Positions 9,548 to 19,792 are shown, numbered from the stretch's first letter. The stretch is DNA of 64,000 nucleotides from an uncultured Lentisphaerales bacterium (GCA_943788985.1 CALSSJ010000026.1:64001-128000), one strand, 5' to 3'. Notes: generated by a model from the sequence alone, not told the origin. Numbers and translations: made by a program.

Positions 9548-10307
9548 GCGCCCCACAAGACTCTGCACCGCCCTGCTCTGTGTGGCGGTGCATGTGGCGG
9601 TGGTCTCGTCGCTGCTGTCGCTGAATGCGCCGCACCCCGTCGCCCAAGCGGAGATTCTGGAGCCCACACCCGTGGTACAGGAACGCCTCAAGCTGCCACG
9701 AGCGCCGGTGCACATACCACCACCACGGGCCCAGCCTCACAAGCCGCCAGAGCCCATTCTGCCCGACGCGCTGCCACCGCCGCCACCGCCGCCACCACCG
9801 GTGGTGGCCATGCCGATTTCCCTGCCCTCGCTGCCCAATTACACCTTCCCGGTAAGAACGCCGGAGCCCGTGGAGTTGCCCTCAGAACCAATCGTACATC
9901 AGCCAGCTCCAGAGCCTGCTCCAACGCCGCAGCCAGTTGCGCCAGACGCGACTCCGCAGCAGTCCGTCACAGAGACTACGGTCCAGATCACGCCAGAGCA
10001 GCCTGGTGACCAGTTGCTGAACGAAGGCGATGCCGACGCAGCCCCGCAGGAGCTCCACTCCCCGGCCCCGACCTACCCGCCGCACCTGCAACGGCGACGC
10101 AGCGGAGGCGCGGTTTGTGTTGCAATCATCGTAGACCAGACGGGCCGGATCGAAAGCTGGGAGGTGCTTTCGAGTCCGAACTCGGCATTTTCACGGGCGG
10201 TGACCCGGACTTTGCCGCGGTATCGTTTTAAGCCCGGCACCAAAGATGGTCGTTCGGTGCGAGTCCGCTGCATGAAAACATTCCGCTTTCAACCAGGTGC
10301 CTCATGA
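9513..10307 (+). CDS. tonB: Energy transducer TonB
   Basis: N-terminal TM with His (ALLCVAVHVAVV), long Pro-rich linker, TonB_C domain (PTYP...GAVCVAIIVDQTGRI...YRFKPG..DGRSV). Confidence 0.88.
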   Translation: MLLSSLKRPRTERPTRLCTALLCVAVHVAVVSSLLSLNAPHPVAQAEILEPTPVVQERLKLPRAPVHIPPPRAQPHKPPEPILPDALPPPPPPPPPVVAMPISLPSLPNYTFPVRTPEPVELPSEPIVHQPAPEPAPTPQPVAPDATPQQSVTETTVQITPEQPGDQLLNEGDADAAPQELHSPAPTYPPHLQRRRSGGAVCVAIIVDQTGRIESWEVLSSPNSAFSRAVTRTLPRYRFKPGTKDGRSVRVRCMKTFRFQPGAS

Positions 10308-11353
10308 GAGCACTTGCCGCCGCGCTGCTTTGCCTCTGTTGTGCCGCCGTACCGCCGACCGAGCAGCAGGCGCAGCGCCTGCAGTTGGCGCATGCTCAGC
10401 TGGAAAGCGGAAATGCAGAGTCCGCAAGACGCGAGTTGTCCGCACTGCTTGCCGAGGAACCAGAGCTGGACAGCGCGCGGTTGCTGCTGGGGTTTACCTA
10501 CTATGCTCTGGGCGACAAGACAGCTGCGGAGTCCGCATTTCGCCAGGTACTCCTGGATTCTCTGGAGGCGAAGGCGCTGGAAGGGCTGGTCGCGGTTGCC
10601 CCCAATTCCTCCGGCGCGCGGTTGCTGTTGCTACTCCATGGCGCCACGCCAGAGACGCTGGCACGCTGCCTGGATGTGCTTCCCAGCCAAGAGTTGCTTC
10701 CACATTTGCAGGATCTGGTCGCTCAGAACCCCAACGCGGGCAATCTCTTCCTGCTCGCAGCTGCGTTGCATCGCAGTGGAGATTACGAGCACGCCGTGCG
10801 GGCCTACGAACGCGCCTGGTATCTCGGCTCAGACGAGGTCAAGCCCGCGACGCTGGCCGGGCTGCACCAGCACCTAGGCCAGGTCGAAGATGCGCTACTC
10901 TGGTTGGATCGGGCGAGCGATAGCGACACCCCGGAGCGACGCATCATGCGCGCCGAATTGCTGGAAACGACCGGCGAATTGGCCGAGGCGCAGACCATCG
11001 CGCGCGTGCTGATCGAAGATGGGGCGCACACCGAAAGAGCCCTAAACGTCCTTATCCGGACGTTGCCAGCCGACGCCCCGAACAGCGAAATCGCCCCCTA
11101 CGCAAAGCATGCGACTGCTGCCCAAATGGTCATTCTAGGGCACCGTGCCTGGCACCACGACGAGGCAGCCGAGGCCGTGAGCTACTTTGCGAACTCCACA
11201 AACCTGCGGCCCTTGGACACAGCGTCCCAAGTGGTTTTGGTACAGGCGCTCCGGGCTGTCGACCGGGACCTCGAGGCACGAAGTGCGCTGGTGACACTGG
11301 TCGCAGACCATGGCCTGCTGCCGCAAATCAGCGCGCTTCTTGCTCAGAATTGA
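10304..11353 (+). CDS. Secreted tetratricopeptide-repeat protein
   Basis: Signal peptide and TPR-like helices (ARLLLGFTYYALGDKTAAESAFRQVL; LAAALHRSGDYEHAVRAYERA). Confidence 0.8.
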   Translation: MRALAAALLCLCCAAVPPTEQQAQRLQLAHAQLESGNAESARRELSALLAEEPELDSARLLLGFTYYALGDKTAAESAFRQVLLDSLEAKALEGLVAVAPNSSGARLLLLLHGATPETLARCLDVLPSQELLPHLQDLVAQNPNAGNLFLLAAALHRSGDYEHAVRAYERAWYLGSDEVKPATLAGLHQHLGQVEDALLWLDRASDSDTPERRIMRAELLETTGELAEAQTIARVLIEDGAHTERALNVLIRTLPADAPNSEIAPYAKHATAAQMVILGHRAWHHDEAAEAVSYFANSTNLRPLDTASQVVLVQALRAVDRDLEARSALVTLVADHGLLPQISALLAQN

Positions 11354-12653
11354 GCGGTTTCTGCCGCAGGCCGCGGCTGACTCGCCACAGCCCAAGGCCA
11401 GCATAGAGCGATAGAATCGGCTCGACCGGCACCCGAAAGCGCGGATGCGCGTCCGGCCCTAATATGCCGACACAAACGAGGCCAGAGATCACCAACAAAC
11501 CGTGGACCAGCCATTGGTCGCGCTGGGCTAGTGCCGTCCACAGTCCGAGTCCGGCAAATGCGAACTTCGCAATCACCAGCAGCACGAGCAGGCTGAGAGG
11601 TGCCAGCAGCCAGAGGTTGCCGCCGAAGTAGTGACCAACGCCCGCGCTAAAGCCGTGGGTGTTGATCACCGCCATGGTCCCATTTCCCCCCACATCTGCG
11701 CCGAGCATGCGCGCGAGTTCGCCCTCAATCGGCAGCAAGGCCATGGGCGACTTCTGCAGGTGAATCAGTGCGTACTCAAACGGCGAAGAGAAGATGATAC
11801 GCTTCCACTCGCGTGCAGCAAACTCGCCTTGAGCGCCCTGCCCTTCCTGCTTCAGCAGCGCGGTGGTGTGGATCGTCTGTTGCTCGGCGAAGCTGCGGCC
11901 ATTCTGCCGGGCGGCGAGCGCCGTGGCATGATAGCGATAGAAGGTGACGTCTCCGTTGCAGCCAAACCCGGAGAATCCATGCGCTTGGTTGCGCATCACC
12001 CACGGGGCAGCACAAGCCACCAGGCCGAGAAACAGGACTAGCGCAAGCTGCCAGCGTCGCCAGAGCAGGCACCAGCCGACCAGACAGGCCACGAGCGGCA
12101 GCGTGATCGCCCGCAGGTAGAGCATGAGCCCAAGGCACGGCAGCAGGAGCAGCAATTGTGCGTACGGTACGCCGTCGTCTGCGGAAAGGCGACGAGCCAC
12201 TCGAATGGCGAGACACAGAAGCAGTAAGAAGACACAGGTAAACAGTGTCTCACTGAGCAACTTACAAGAATAGACAATGGCCGTGGTGGCAATGACTTGC
12301 CAGCCCATGGCCCAGCGCGGCGAGCACTGCGGCGTGAGTTGCCTGGCGAGCGCCAGCACCAGCAAAATGTTTAGGCAATCCACAAGCACTTGAAGCCAGG
12401 GCATCACCGTACTTGCCCGCCCGCCTGTGAGTACGTTGACCGCAGCTAGGCAAACCGGGTAGCCAGGGGGCCGAAACAGCTCGGCCTGCCCGGCCCGACT
12501 ATAGCCATCGCCTTGGCGAAGTGCGTCTGCCAGCTCGAGATAGTCGACGGAGTCGGGAGCGAGGGTCGCCGATTCCGGCACCAGCACTAGCAGGCCAGCT
12601 CGCAACGCAAACGCGACAAGCAGCAAAATGACGATGAAACGAGGGTCCTTCAC
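11328..12653 (-). CDS. GT-C fold membrane glycosyltransferase (ArnT/PMT-like)
   Basis: Multi-TM protein with PDSVDY, FRPPGYP, LLSETLF, PWVMRN, RFRVPVEP. Confidence 0.8.
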   Translation of the reverse strand: MKDPRFIVILLLVAFALRAGLLVLVPESATLAPDSVDYLELADALRQGDGYSRAGQAELFRPPGYPVCLAAVNVLTGGRASTVMPWLQVLVDCLNILLVLALARQLTPQCSPRWAMGWQVIATTAIVYSCKLLSETLFTCVFLLLLCLAIRVARRLSADDGVPYAQLLLLLPCLGLMLYLRAITLPLVACLVGWCLLWRRWQLALVLFLGLVACAAPWVMRNQAHGFSGFGCNGDVTFYRYHATALAARQNGRSFAEQQTIHTTALLKQEGQGAQGEFAAREWKRIIFSSPFEYALIHLQKSPMALLPIEGELARMLGADVGGNGTMAVINTHGFSAGVGHYFGGNLWLLAPLSLLVLLVIAKFAFAGLGLWTALAQRDQWLVHGLLVISGLVCVGILGPDAHPRFRVPVEPILSLYAGLGLWRVSRGLRQKPLNSEQEAR

Positions 12654-14344
12654 GGCTCCATCTTCAGGAGTTCGACAAAATCAATCAGGATGCCAGGCTC
12701 AAGACTCTGGAGGATCAACTCCGCGGGTGGATCGGTGAGAGCCAACTGCCCAGCGCTGGTCAGGATGTGCCATTGTTCGTAGCGATCGCTGGCAAGAAGA
12801 ACTTGCCTGCCCTGCAGCCGAAATGCCAACGAATTTGCACAGCCGTGCTGCCAGCGCACCCGTGCGCGCACACGATATCGCCCTGGCTCGAGGGACTCGA
12901 CTGACAAGCGAGCAAGCCCAGCACGCTTGTCAGCATCGGCAGGCAACGCGAGCGCAGCTTTGGCAGAGGCCTCGGGAATCCGGGCGACCGTGAAGCCGCC
13001 ATCTACAGTGAAGGACTCCGCCTCGAATACCGGAATCTTGGGGGGCGTTTCCGCGAGATCGAAGGAGACGACGGGAAGCCGCAGCCCATTCTTTGGCGCT
13101 GGTTCGAAGAGCTCGCAAAGCCGCTGATTAAGCCCACTGACGTGATTGACCGGGTCCGGCGCGCGATTAACCTTTAGCATCAGTGCGAAGGCAACTGCGG
13201 CAGCGGCAGCGGGAAAGAGGACAAATGCGAGGTTCGCATGTGTGCCACGGCGATGCTCCGGCTCATTGAGTCCAAGGACGGCACCGAACCAGATGCCGAC
13301 GCCGCGCCCGAGCGTAGTGGCAAAGACGGATGCAGCCGCAAGCCCGATACCAGCGCACCACCAAATTCTCTCGGTCTCATCTTTTGCGCGGCTGACGCAG
13401 ACAAATACCAGACAGAACAGCAGCAGCGCGGCGGCTGGCATACCAACCTCGACCCAAACCACAGCGTAGGTATTGCTGGTGTCGCGCGGAATCGTGAGAT
13501 TGTCGGGATGGGCCACGAGCTGCGTCCGCGTGTGCAAGGCGTTCACCGCTCGGTTGTACTCCCCGAGCCCAGCGCCTGCCGGATAAAGCAGCGGTGCCTG
13601 ATACGCGCTCTGCAGGTCGATAAAGTTCCGGCGCGTGAAGCCATCCGCATAGCTGGGCGATAGTTCCAGCCACGGGCTTCCTGGGGCCGGACGCAACAGC
13701 GCGCCAGCAATCATCGCCACAAGCAGGACGCCACCCAACCATTTGCGGAGTTCGCAACTCGCGGCCGCCAGGACCAGAACTACGCTGATGACGAGCAGAT
13801 GCCAGCCATGGTCCACGGTCATACCCGCCAGCAGCCCAGTGGCAACGGCGCCGATCCCGGCCAGGGCAGCCGGGCAGCGCGAGAGGGTCAGAACCAGCGC
13901 CGGCAGCGCCATCGCCAGAATCGCGGCACGTCGGGCGTCGCTGAGCCCAGTCAGCGGCGCATAAATGTGCCCAAGACCAACGATCAATAGCCCCGCTGCG
14001 ATGACTGCTACAGGCCGAACGAGGGCCGCGCGCTGCTTCGCGGAGCGCCGCGCAAACAGAAACCAAGCTACCGCCAGCGCCTCCGCCACTTGGGCCAGCT
14101 CTTTGGCCGCGCTGGCAGCTTCATGACGGCTGAGCCCCAGGATGCCGAGCGCGAAGGCGCAGGCAAGGGCAAGATGTGCAGTCCCAGGCCGTGGGCAAGT
14201 CTTTGTGCGAAGCAAAAACAGGTCGATTGCGAACAAGGCGGCAAGGCAGATCGTGGCCACTGGAATCGAAACCGGGCCGAGCGAAACTGTCTGTTGCAGG
14301 CAGGCCGCCACCAAGACCGCGAATGGGATCAGCGTACAGTTCAT
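12650..14344 (-). CDS. O-antigen ligase/Wzy_C-like membrane protein with a C-terminal CBM-like beta domain
   Basis: About 10-12 TM helices with GAGLGEY...SNTYAVVWVEVG. C-terminus FEAESF...ASAKAAL...PGRYRVRARVRW...ANS...IDFVEL. Confidence 0.6.
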   Translation of the reverse strand: MNCTLIPFAVLVAACLQQTVSLGPVSIPVATICLAALFAIDLFLLRTKTCPRPGTAHLALACAFALGILGLSRHEAASAAKELAQVAEALAVAWFLFARRSAKQRAALVRPVAVIAAGLLIVGLGHIYAPLTGLSDARRAAILAMALPALVLTLSRCPAALAGIGAVATGLLAGMTVDHGWHLLVISVVLVLAAASCELRKWLGGVLLVAMIAGALLRPAPGSPWLELSPSYADGFTRRNFIDLQSAYQAPLLYPAGAGLGEYNRAVNALHTRTQLVAHPDNLTIPRDTSNTYAVVWVEVGMPAAALLLFCLVFVCVSRAKDETERIWWCAGIGLAAASVFATTLGRGVGIWFGAVLGLNEPEHRRGTHANLAFVLFPAAAAAVAFALMLKVNRAPDPVNHVSGLNQRLCELFEPAPKNGLRLPVVSFDLAETPPKIPVFEAESFTVDGGFTVARIPEASAKAALALPADADKRAGLARLSVESLEPGRYRVRARVRWQHGCANSLAFRLQGRQVLLASDRYEQWHILTSAGQLALTDPPAELILQSLEPGILIDFVELLKMEP

Positions 14345-17187
14345 TTGGACCACACTGGCGTCCCGACTCGGTAGCCCTGTCCGGCAGTCTGGCCGACCAT
14401 CAGGTAGTCGGCATTGCTGGTGTTTCCGATAGTCAGCGCCTCTACAATGAGCCGAGCCGGTGGGTTGGGCAGTCGCATCACAGCCTCGCGTAGATTCACG
14501 GAGAAGGCGGCAGTGGGGTCAAACTCGCCCAAGCTTCGTTCCGACATGCTGGCACTCGTGAACAAACCGCGCCGAAACTGCTCACCGGTCTCGTCTCTTG
14601 GCGTCAGCAGCGACGCGGTCTCGGTAATCGGGGCACGCAGCTGGCAGACATAGGACTGCCCGGAGATCTGCAGAAAGAGATTGACCGAGATCCCGTGATC
14701 CACTTCCACCGGAAGCGTGAGCAGGGGCGTATCGGCTAGATCAATCAGAGTCTCTGGCGTGTACCGAACTGCGATCTTGCCAGCACCAGAATTCGTGGTT
14801 ACCGCAGTGATGAACGGTGGGGCGGCTGAGCCCAGAGTGACGCTATCGCGCAGCAGTGGCTTCCAGAGCTCCGATTCGGTCTGCTGATTGGAGATATAGG
14901 CGACGTGCGGATGCCACTGGATGTCCTCCGCTGTGGACGTCATGCGGGCCAGCACAAAGCCGTTGCGCACAGTCCAATACATAGTATGCCCACCAGTCAG
15001 CGGGTTGCGATCGATGTAGTTGAATAGAGACTTGCCATCTCGGGTCACATTCACCTGTGAGCCATGCCTGCTGACGTGAAACTGCCACCACCGCCAATGA
15101 ATGTCCTGTTGCTTGCTTGGAATCCTTCCAGCAGTTGATTCGGCTACGACCACGCCGTGCCTCAATAACAGGGCCCGTGTATTCTGGCGCCCGCCGAAAA
15201 CGACAGAATAGCCAGAAAGCGGGTTGCGACCGTCAGTGCAAAAGGAAAAATTTAGGTCCCGGCGGGAGTACCAACCGTCGTTTCGATGGAAAATCGCAAA
15301 CTTTCTGCTTTTGTCGACCACTGCGTCGTAGACAAAGTCCGCGTCGCCAGCATCCCAAGGCATGGCTGGGCGTAGGGTCATGAAGTACTCATGCTCCTGG
15401 TCGCCATGAAACTGTGCCTTGCTGACAATGAATGGGGCACCGGTCCCGCCACAGGCCATGAAATTCCAGCGGTCTAAGCAGGCCCAGCGGGTGTCCATGC
15501 GAAAGGCCCCCTCAAACCAGCTCCAATCAGTCGCAGCCCGCTCGAACAGCTCTGTCACAAGAGTGGCGGCGGTGATCCGGTGATGCGCCGCGTTGGGGAA
15601 AGCCGGCGGCAAAGGCTCGCGCGCATGGGAAATGCGGACCGAAACCGGCCCGACCAGCTGGCGGAGAAGTGTGCGCCAGCCCGAGTCTGTTTGCACTTGC
15701 ACAGTTCGCCCCTCGCGGCGACGAAATGCCAGCCTGCCACGAGACTGGTCCACCGTCCAGCCGGGCAATGACTCAGCAGGGGTCCAGCCGGTGTCATCAA
15801 GCGTAAAGATTAGGAGCAGCGCGTGCGGCTTCAAAACCGACCCCTGCCGCCGATGCTGGGCAAACTCGAAACGATAGCGGCCGTGCGGGATCGGACCGGC
15901 AAACGCGTCATAGGCAAGGACCTTGTAGTCAAAGTCCCCGAATACGGGGAGCCGATTGTGAATCTGTTGGAGCTTACGCCCAGCACCATCGCGTGCGCTG
16001 TGGCGCAAGAAAGCATCGTTTCCCTGTGTCCAATTCTTGAACGTCTTGCTATCATTCTGGGTCGTTTTTTTGGCCGAAAACTGACGGCTCCGCTCGAACA
16101 GCGCGCCCGGGGCGCGCGCTGGTGAGCCAGGACTGCTCTCGGCACGGACATCATCGAGCTCGATCAGCCCTTCTCCGGCCACAAGCAATGGCGGGCCCAG
16201 AATAAGGCGTGGGGCTCTGGCGTGCGTGACGGCGACGCCATCCAGTTCTCCTGTGAGCGCGTAGCCATGGCGGATACTCAGGCCAATTCTCGCCCAGTTA
16301 GTTAACGGCGGCCGCAGTTCGGTGTAATGGCTGAGAAACTGCCATGCGGCCTGCGGGTCTTCGCGCCAGGCGAGGCCAAACTCACGGCTCTCGCTGAACC
16401 AGCCGAACACAGCCTGCACCCCAGCAGGATCACCGACTCCGACCAGCAGATTTCCCTCGGGAAAACTTGTGGTGTCAATCACGGAAGTTGTCCGCGGCAC
16501 GCCAAAATAGAAGCGGGCCTCGCAGTACCCGTGCGGCATCGGTGTCTCGCCATAAGCCAACACCCCCGGTTGCGAGCTCCGCACAGAAAACGGATTGACC
16601 GCCCGCTCGAACGTGGAATCTCGCGCAGCCGAGCCTACCGCCAGCCCTTTTCCGTATTGGCGGAACTGCCAATCTCCGCCGAACGCCTGCCACGAAAAAT
16701 CCAACAGCTCCTCGCGCATGAAGCTGTCTCGCATACTCTGGCCGGAGATCGCCACAGACGTGACGGAAGGCCGCTCTGCTGGATTCCCAGCCAGCCAAAA
16801 CAGGTCCCACTTCGCACGCCGCTCGTGAAAGACCGGGGCCTGGTCCGCAAAGATCGTGATCTCGCCGTCTGCCAGTAGCAACTGCAGCTGCTCCACAACC
16901 TGCTCATGCAGCACGTGGCCATGCAGGGCGCCGTTGTCATCCGCTAGAAAATACCGCGGCCCGCGACGCTCGCGGAGATAAACCGGAGTGCGGATCAGAC
17001 TCGGTCGCGCGATCGTCACCATGCGGCCGACGGCTCCCTCCGGATGATCGAGGGGGGGCTCGAGGAGAACTCGCCCGTCCTTGTGCCAGTTCCGTTCACG
17101 TACATCCCGCTCCGTCGGCGGCTGCAATAAGCTCGCCGCTGAAGCGGTCAGGCAAACGAAGGTGAATAATGCGGCACGTAGGGTCAC
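14341..17187 (-). CDS. Large secreted hypothetical protein (beta-rich, lectin/ConA-like segments)
   Basis: Long ORF. Likely GTG start at 17187 gives signal peptide MTLRAALFTFVCLTASAA. Trp-rich strand patterns (WWQFHVSRHGSQVNVTRDGK...LTGGHTMYW). Confidence 0.75.
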   Translation of the reverse strand: MTLRAALFTFVCLTASAASLLQPPTERDVRERNWHKDGRVLLEPPLDHPEGAVGRMVTIARPSLIRTPVYLRERRGPRYFLADDNGALHGHVLHEQVVEQLQLLLADGEITIFADQAPVFHERRAKWDLFWLAGNPAERPSVTSVAISGQSMRDSFMREELLDFSWQAFGGDWQFRQYGKGLAVGSAARDSTFERAVNPFSVRSSQPGVLAYGETPMPHGYCEARFYFGVPRTTSVIDTTSFPEGNLLVGVGDPAGVQAVFGWFSESREFGLAWREDPQAAWQFLSHYTELRPPLTNWARIGLSIRHGYALTGELDGVAVTHARAPRLILGPPLLVAGEGLIELDDVRAESSPGSPARAPGALFERSRQFSAKKTTQNDSKTFKNWTQGNDAFLRHSARDGAGRKLQQIHNRLPVFGDFDYKVLAYDAFAGPIPHGRYRFEFAQHRRQGSVLKPHALLLIFTLDDTGWTPAESLPGWTVDQSRGRLAFRRREGRTVQVQTDSGWRTLLRQLVGPVSVRISHAREPLPPAFPNAAHHRITAATLVTELFERAATDWSWFEGAFRMDTRWACLDRWNFMACGGTGAPFIVSKAQFHGDQEHEYFMTLRPAMPWDAGDADFVYDAVVDKSRKFAIFHRNDGWYSRRDLNFSFCTDGRNPLSGYSVVFGGRQNTRALLLRHGVVVAESTAGRIPSKQQDIHWRWWQFHVSRHGSQVNVTRDGKSLFNYIDRNPLTGGHTMYWTVRNGFVLARMTSTAEDIQWHPHVAYISNQQTESELWKPLLRDSVTLGSAAPPFITAVTTNSGAGKIAVRYTPETLIDLADTPLLTLPVEVDHGISVNLFLQISGQSYVCQLRAPITETASLLTPRDETGEQFRRGLFTSASMSERSLGEFDPTAAFSVNLREAVMRLPNPPARLIVEALTIGNTSNADYLMVGQTAGQGYRVGTPVWSK

Positions 17188-17334
17188 GAGGGTCTCACCG
17201 AGTGGTAAGTGGGGCAAAATGGTACCGATAACGCCGCGCGCCGGTCCCGTCAGTCCTGCAGACATTCCAAGCTACCGAGGGGCCGAATCTCACACATCCC
17301 GGGCGGTGCATTTCCAGCGATTCTGGCGAGATCG

Positions 17335-17363
17335 TTTGCGCCGTCCGCAACGGATCCTATAGT
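17335..17363 (+). promoter_or_regulatory. Putative sigma-70 promoter of the ribosomal protein cluster
   Basis: TTGCGC-N16-TATAGT about 70 nt upstream of rplY. Confidence 0.45.
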
Positions 17364-17433
17364 ACGCGCTTTTTCTTCGAGTCCGGCATTGCCGTTTTTT
17401 GTGCACTGCCCTTAAGGTTAAGGTACCATAGAT

Positions 17434-18024
17434 ATGTCCCAGTCTACTCCGTCAGTATCGCTGACCCCTCGCTTAGAAACCGGCAGCGCTGCTTCCCGGA
17501 ATCTGCGGCGCGCTGGCCAAGTGCCATGCGTTATATATGGACTACAGCAACCATTGGCCGTTACGGGGGCAGCAAAAGAGCTCCAAGAGATCGTCCATCA
17601 CCCTAGCACGATTCGCCTTGAGATTGCCGGTGAAGCCGAGCCACGTCTCGCGGTTGTGCGCCAGCATCAGAATAATTATCTCGGCATGCAGCTAGATCAC
17701 GTAGACTTTCAGGAAGTTCTACCAGAGCAGCTCGTGACGATAGAAGTAGCAGTCAACCTGCATGGCGATCCGGTGGGCATGGCACGTGGAGGCCAACTCC
17801 GCCAGATGCTGTACACTCTTGAGCTTCGCGTCCCGGCGGGTGCCATTCCAGATCACATCGACGCTGATGTCGTGGATATGGAACTGAATGACAAGCTTCA
17901 CATTAGTGACCTCGCACTGCCCCAAGGCGCAATTCCTGTCCTTGAAGGCAGAGTCCTTGTCGCTCAAGTCACCACCGGTCGTGGCGGCAGCGACGATGAT
18001 GATGACGACGACGCTGGCGAATAG
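17434..18024 (+). CDS. rplY: 50S ribosomal protein L25/Ctc
   Basis: SRNLRRAGQVPCVIYG, HVDFQ, GDPVGMARGG, IPDHIDADV. Confidence 0.95.
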   Translation: MSQSTPSVSLTPRLETGSAASRNLRRAGQVPCVIYGLQQPLAVTGAAKELQEIVHHPSTIRLEIAGEAEPRLAVVRQHQNNYLGMQLDHVDFQEVLPEQLVTIEVAVNLHGDPVGMARGGQLRQMLYTLELRVPAGAIPDHIDADVVDMELNDKLHISDLALPQGAIPVLEGRVLVAQVTTGRGGSDDDDDDDAGE

Positions 18025-18079
18025 AACCACGAACTAGGAGGTGTGCTGACCACGATAAATTCTCTCACTCTATCCTCTT

Positions 18080-18703
18080 ATGAACGCGCACAGAACTGAA
18101 CCACTGCATCTGATCGTGGGCCTAGGCAATCCAGGCAACGAATACGAAGCAACACGCCATAACATCGGCTTTATGCTGGTTGATCAAGTTCGGAAACGGC
18201 TCGGCTGGCAGAATCGCGAGGTGCAACACACCGCCGATAGCTTTGTTTGCGAAGGCTCGGTGGGTTGCAGAAAACTCTGGTTGCAGAAACCGCAGACCTA
18301 CATGAATTGCAGCGGCAACGCCGTCGCAAAGTGGGTTCGCAAGCAGCAGATTTCTCCAGCATCAGTTTTGCTCGTGTACGATGACATGGATCTACCGTTA
18401 GGCAGGATGCGCTTTCGCACCAAAGGCAGCAGCGGTGGCCACAAAGGCGTACAGAGCGTAGCAGATGAGTTGCAAACCGGCGGGTTTAACCGCTTGCGAC
18501 TGGGAATAGGACACGGAGAGAACGGAACAATTGACCATGTACTGAGCGGCTTCAGCGCCGATGAGCTCCCCATTGTGGAACTCGTGCTAGCAAAAGCCAC
18601 AGAGGCAGTCATGGCAGCAATTGGTAGGGACGTCAGCACAGCGATGAGCTTATACAACGGAATCACAGTGACTTTAGAACAGACGGAGATAGAAAACGCA
18701 TGA
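18080..18703 (+). CDS. pth: Peptidyl-tRNA hydrolase
   Basis: LIVGLGNPG..YEATRHNIGF, KPQTYMN.SG, YDDMDLPLG, GSSGGHKG, RLRLGIG. Confidence 0.97.
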   Translation: MNAHRTEPLHLIVGLGNPGNEYEATRHNIGFMLVDQVRKRLGWQNREVQHTADSFVCEGSVGCRKLWLQKPQTYMNCSGNAVAKWVRKQQISPASVLLVYDDMDLPLGRMRFRTKGSSGGHKGVQSVADELQTGGFNRLRLGIGHGENGTIDHVLSGFSADELPIVELVLAKATEAVMAAIGRDVSTAMSLYNGITVTLEQTEIENA

Positions 18704-19047
18704 AATTACGGAAATATCAGGCCATCCTGATCGTAGATGACCGCAAGTTTGACGATGGCGGCGACGCTTTCATGGAGAGCGTTGGTGAAGTAATCACCGA
18801 ATTGGGCGGCACCTTGGACGCTTCCGAGAATCTGGGGCGACGCCAAATGGCCCACCCGATCCGTCGGCGGAATTCCGCGACATATTGGGAATTGCTTCTC
18901 ACCCTGCCCGCTCACGAGGTCGTAAACCTCAAAGACCGCTACCGCCTGAACAACGTGGTATTTCGTCTCGAGGTTTTCCTGTTCGACCGCCCGGAACTGT
19001 TCTCTAAGAACCCGGCGATTGCAGCGCAACCAAGCAGCGCTATCTAA
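18700..19047 (+). CDS. rpsF: 30S ribosomal protein S6
   Basis: KYQAILIV...GG...ENLGRRQMAHPI...Y...RLNNVVFR. Located between pth and ssb. Confidence 0.88.
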   Translation: MKLRKYQAILIVDDRKFDDGGDAFMESVGEVITELGGTLDASENLGRRQMAHPIRRRNSATYWELLLTLPAHEVVNLKDRYRLNNVVFRLEVFLFDRPELFSKNPAIAAQPSSAI

Positions 19048-19081
19048 GGACGCCGCGGAATGATGTGGAATTGCAACGAGC

Positions 19082-19513
19082 ATGGTTTCCCTCAATACAG
19101 TCGTTCTCTTGGGACATCTGACACGAGAGCCACAACTGCGCTATTCCACATCTGGCCGGCCGCTGTGCGATCTGGGGTTGGCGATCAACCGACGCAGGCG
19201 CGAAGAGGACGAAGTATGCTTTCTGGATGTACAAGTGACAGGACGCCAAGCGGAGAACTGCAAAAGTTATCTTCGCCGTGGCACCACCGTGCTGATTCAC
19301 GGTCGCTTATACACTCATACCTGGACGGATCGTCACAGTCAGGAGCAGCGTCAGTTGCGCGTCCTCGCCGAGCACGTACAGTTGATGGCCTCGGAGAACC
19401 GCCGCGGCGACGACCTGAGACCACTTCCAGTCGAGGAGCCACCGCTTGCCATCCAGCCGGAGCTTCCGCCCCCCTTCCCAGCAGCGGATCCGCCCGAAGC
19501 GGAATCGTTCTAA
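19082..19513 (+). CDS. ssb: Single-stranded DNA-binding protein
   Basis: LNTVVLLGHLTREPQLRY..SG...LAINR...FLDV..GRQAE...YLRRG..VLIHGRL. Confidence 0.95.
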   Translation: MVSLNTVVLLGHLTREPQLRYSTSGRPLCDLGLAINRRRREEDEVCFLDVQVTGRQAENCKSYLRRGTTVLIHGRLYTHTWTDRHSQEQRQLRVLAEHVQLMASENRRGDDLRPLPVEEPPLAIQPELPPPFPAADPPEAESF

Positions 19514-19558
19514 CCAAAGTTTTGTAAATAAAGTCGACAGTCAAGGAGAGAAAAAAGT

Positions 19559-19792
19559 ATGGCCCCACCAAAGAAACGTCGCCGCGTTGTGCGCAACACC
19601 CGGCCAAAGGTCTGCCGGTTCTGCGAAGACGCTATCGTATACATCGATTATCGTGACAACCTGCTACTTCGTCGGTTCATCACCGAGAAAGGCAAGATTG
19701 TACCTCGCCGCGTTACGGGAACCTGCCCAAATCATCAGAAGATGCTGTCTCGCGCCATCAAGCGCGCCCGATCGCTCTCTGTGGTGAAGTAA
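19559..19792 (+). CDS. rpsR: 30S ribosomal protein S18 (Zn-ribbon C+ form)
   Basis: CRFC...IDYRD..LLRRFITEKGKIVPRRVTGTCPNHQ. Confidence 0.97.
   Translation: MAPPKKRRRVVRNTRPKVCRFCEDAIVYIDYRDNLLLRRFITEKGKIVPRRVTGTCPNHQKMLSRAIKRARSLSVVK

Noticed and set aside
9770..9805. CCG/CCA trinucleotide repeat
   Set aside because: It encodes the poly-proline linker of TonB and is not an independent repeat.
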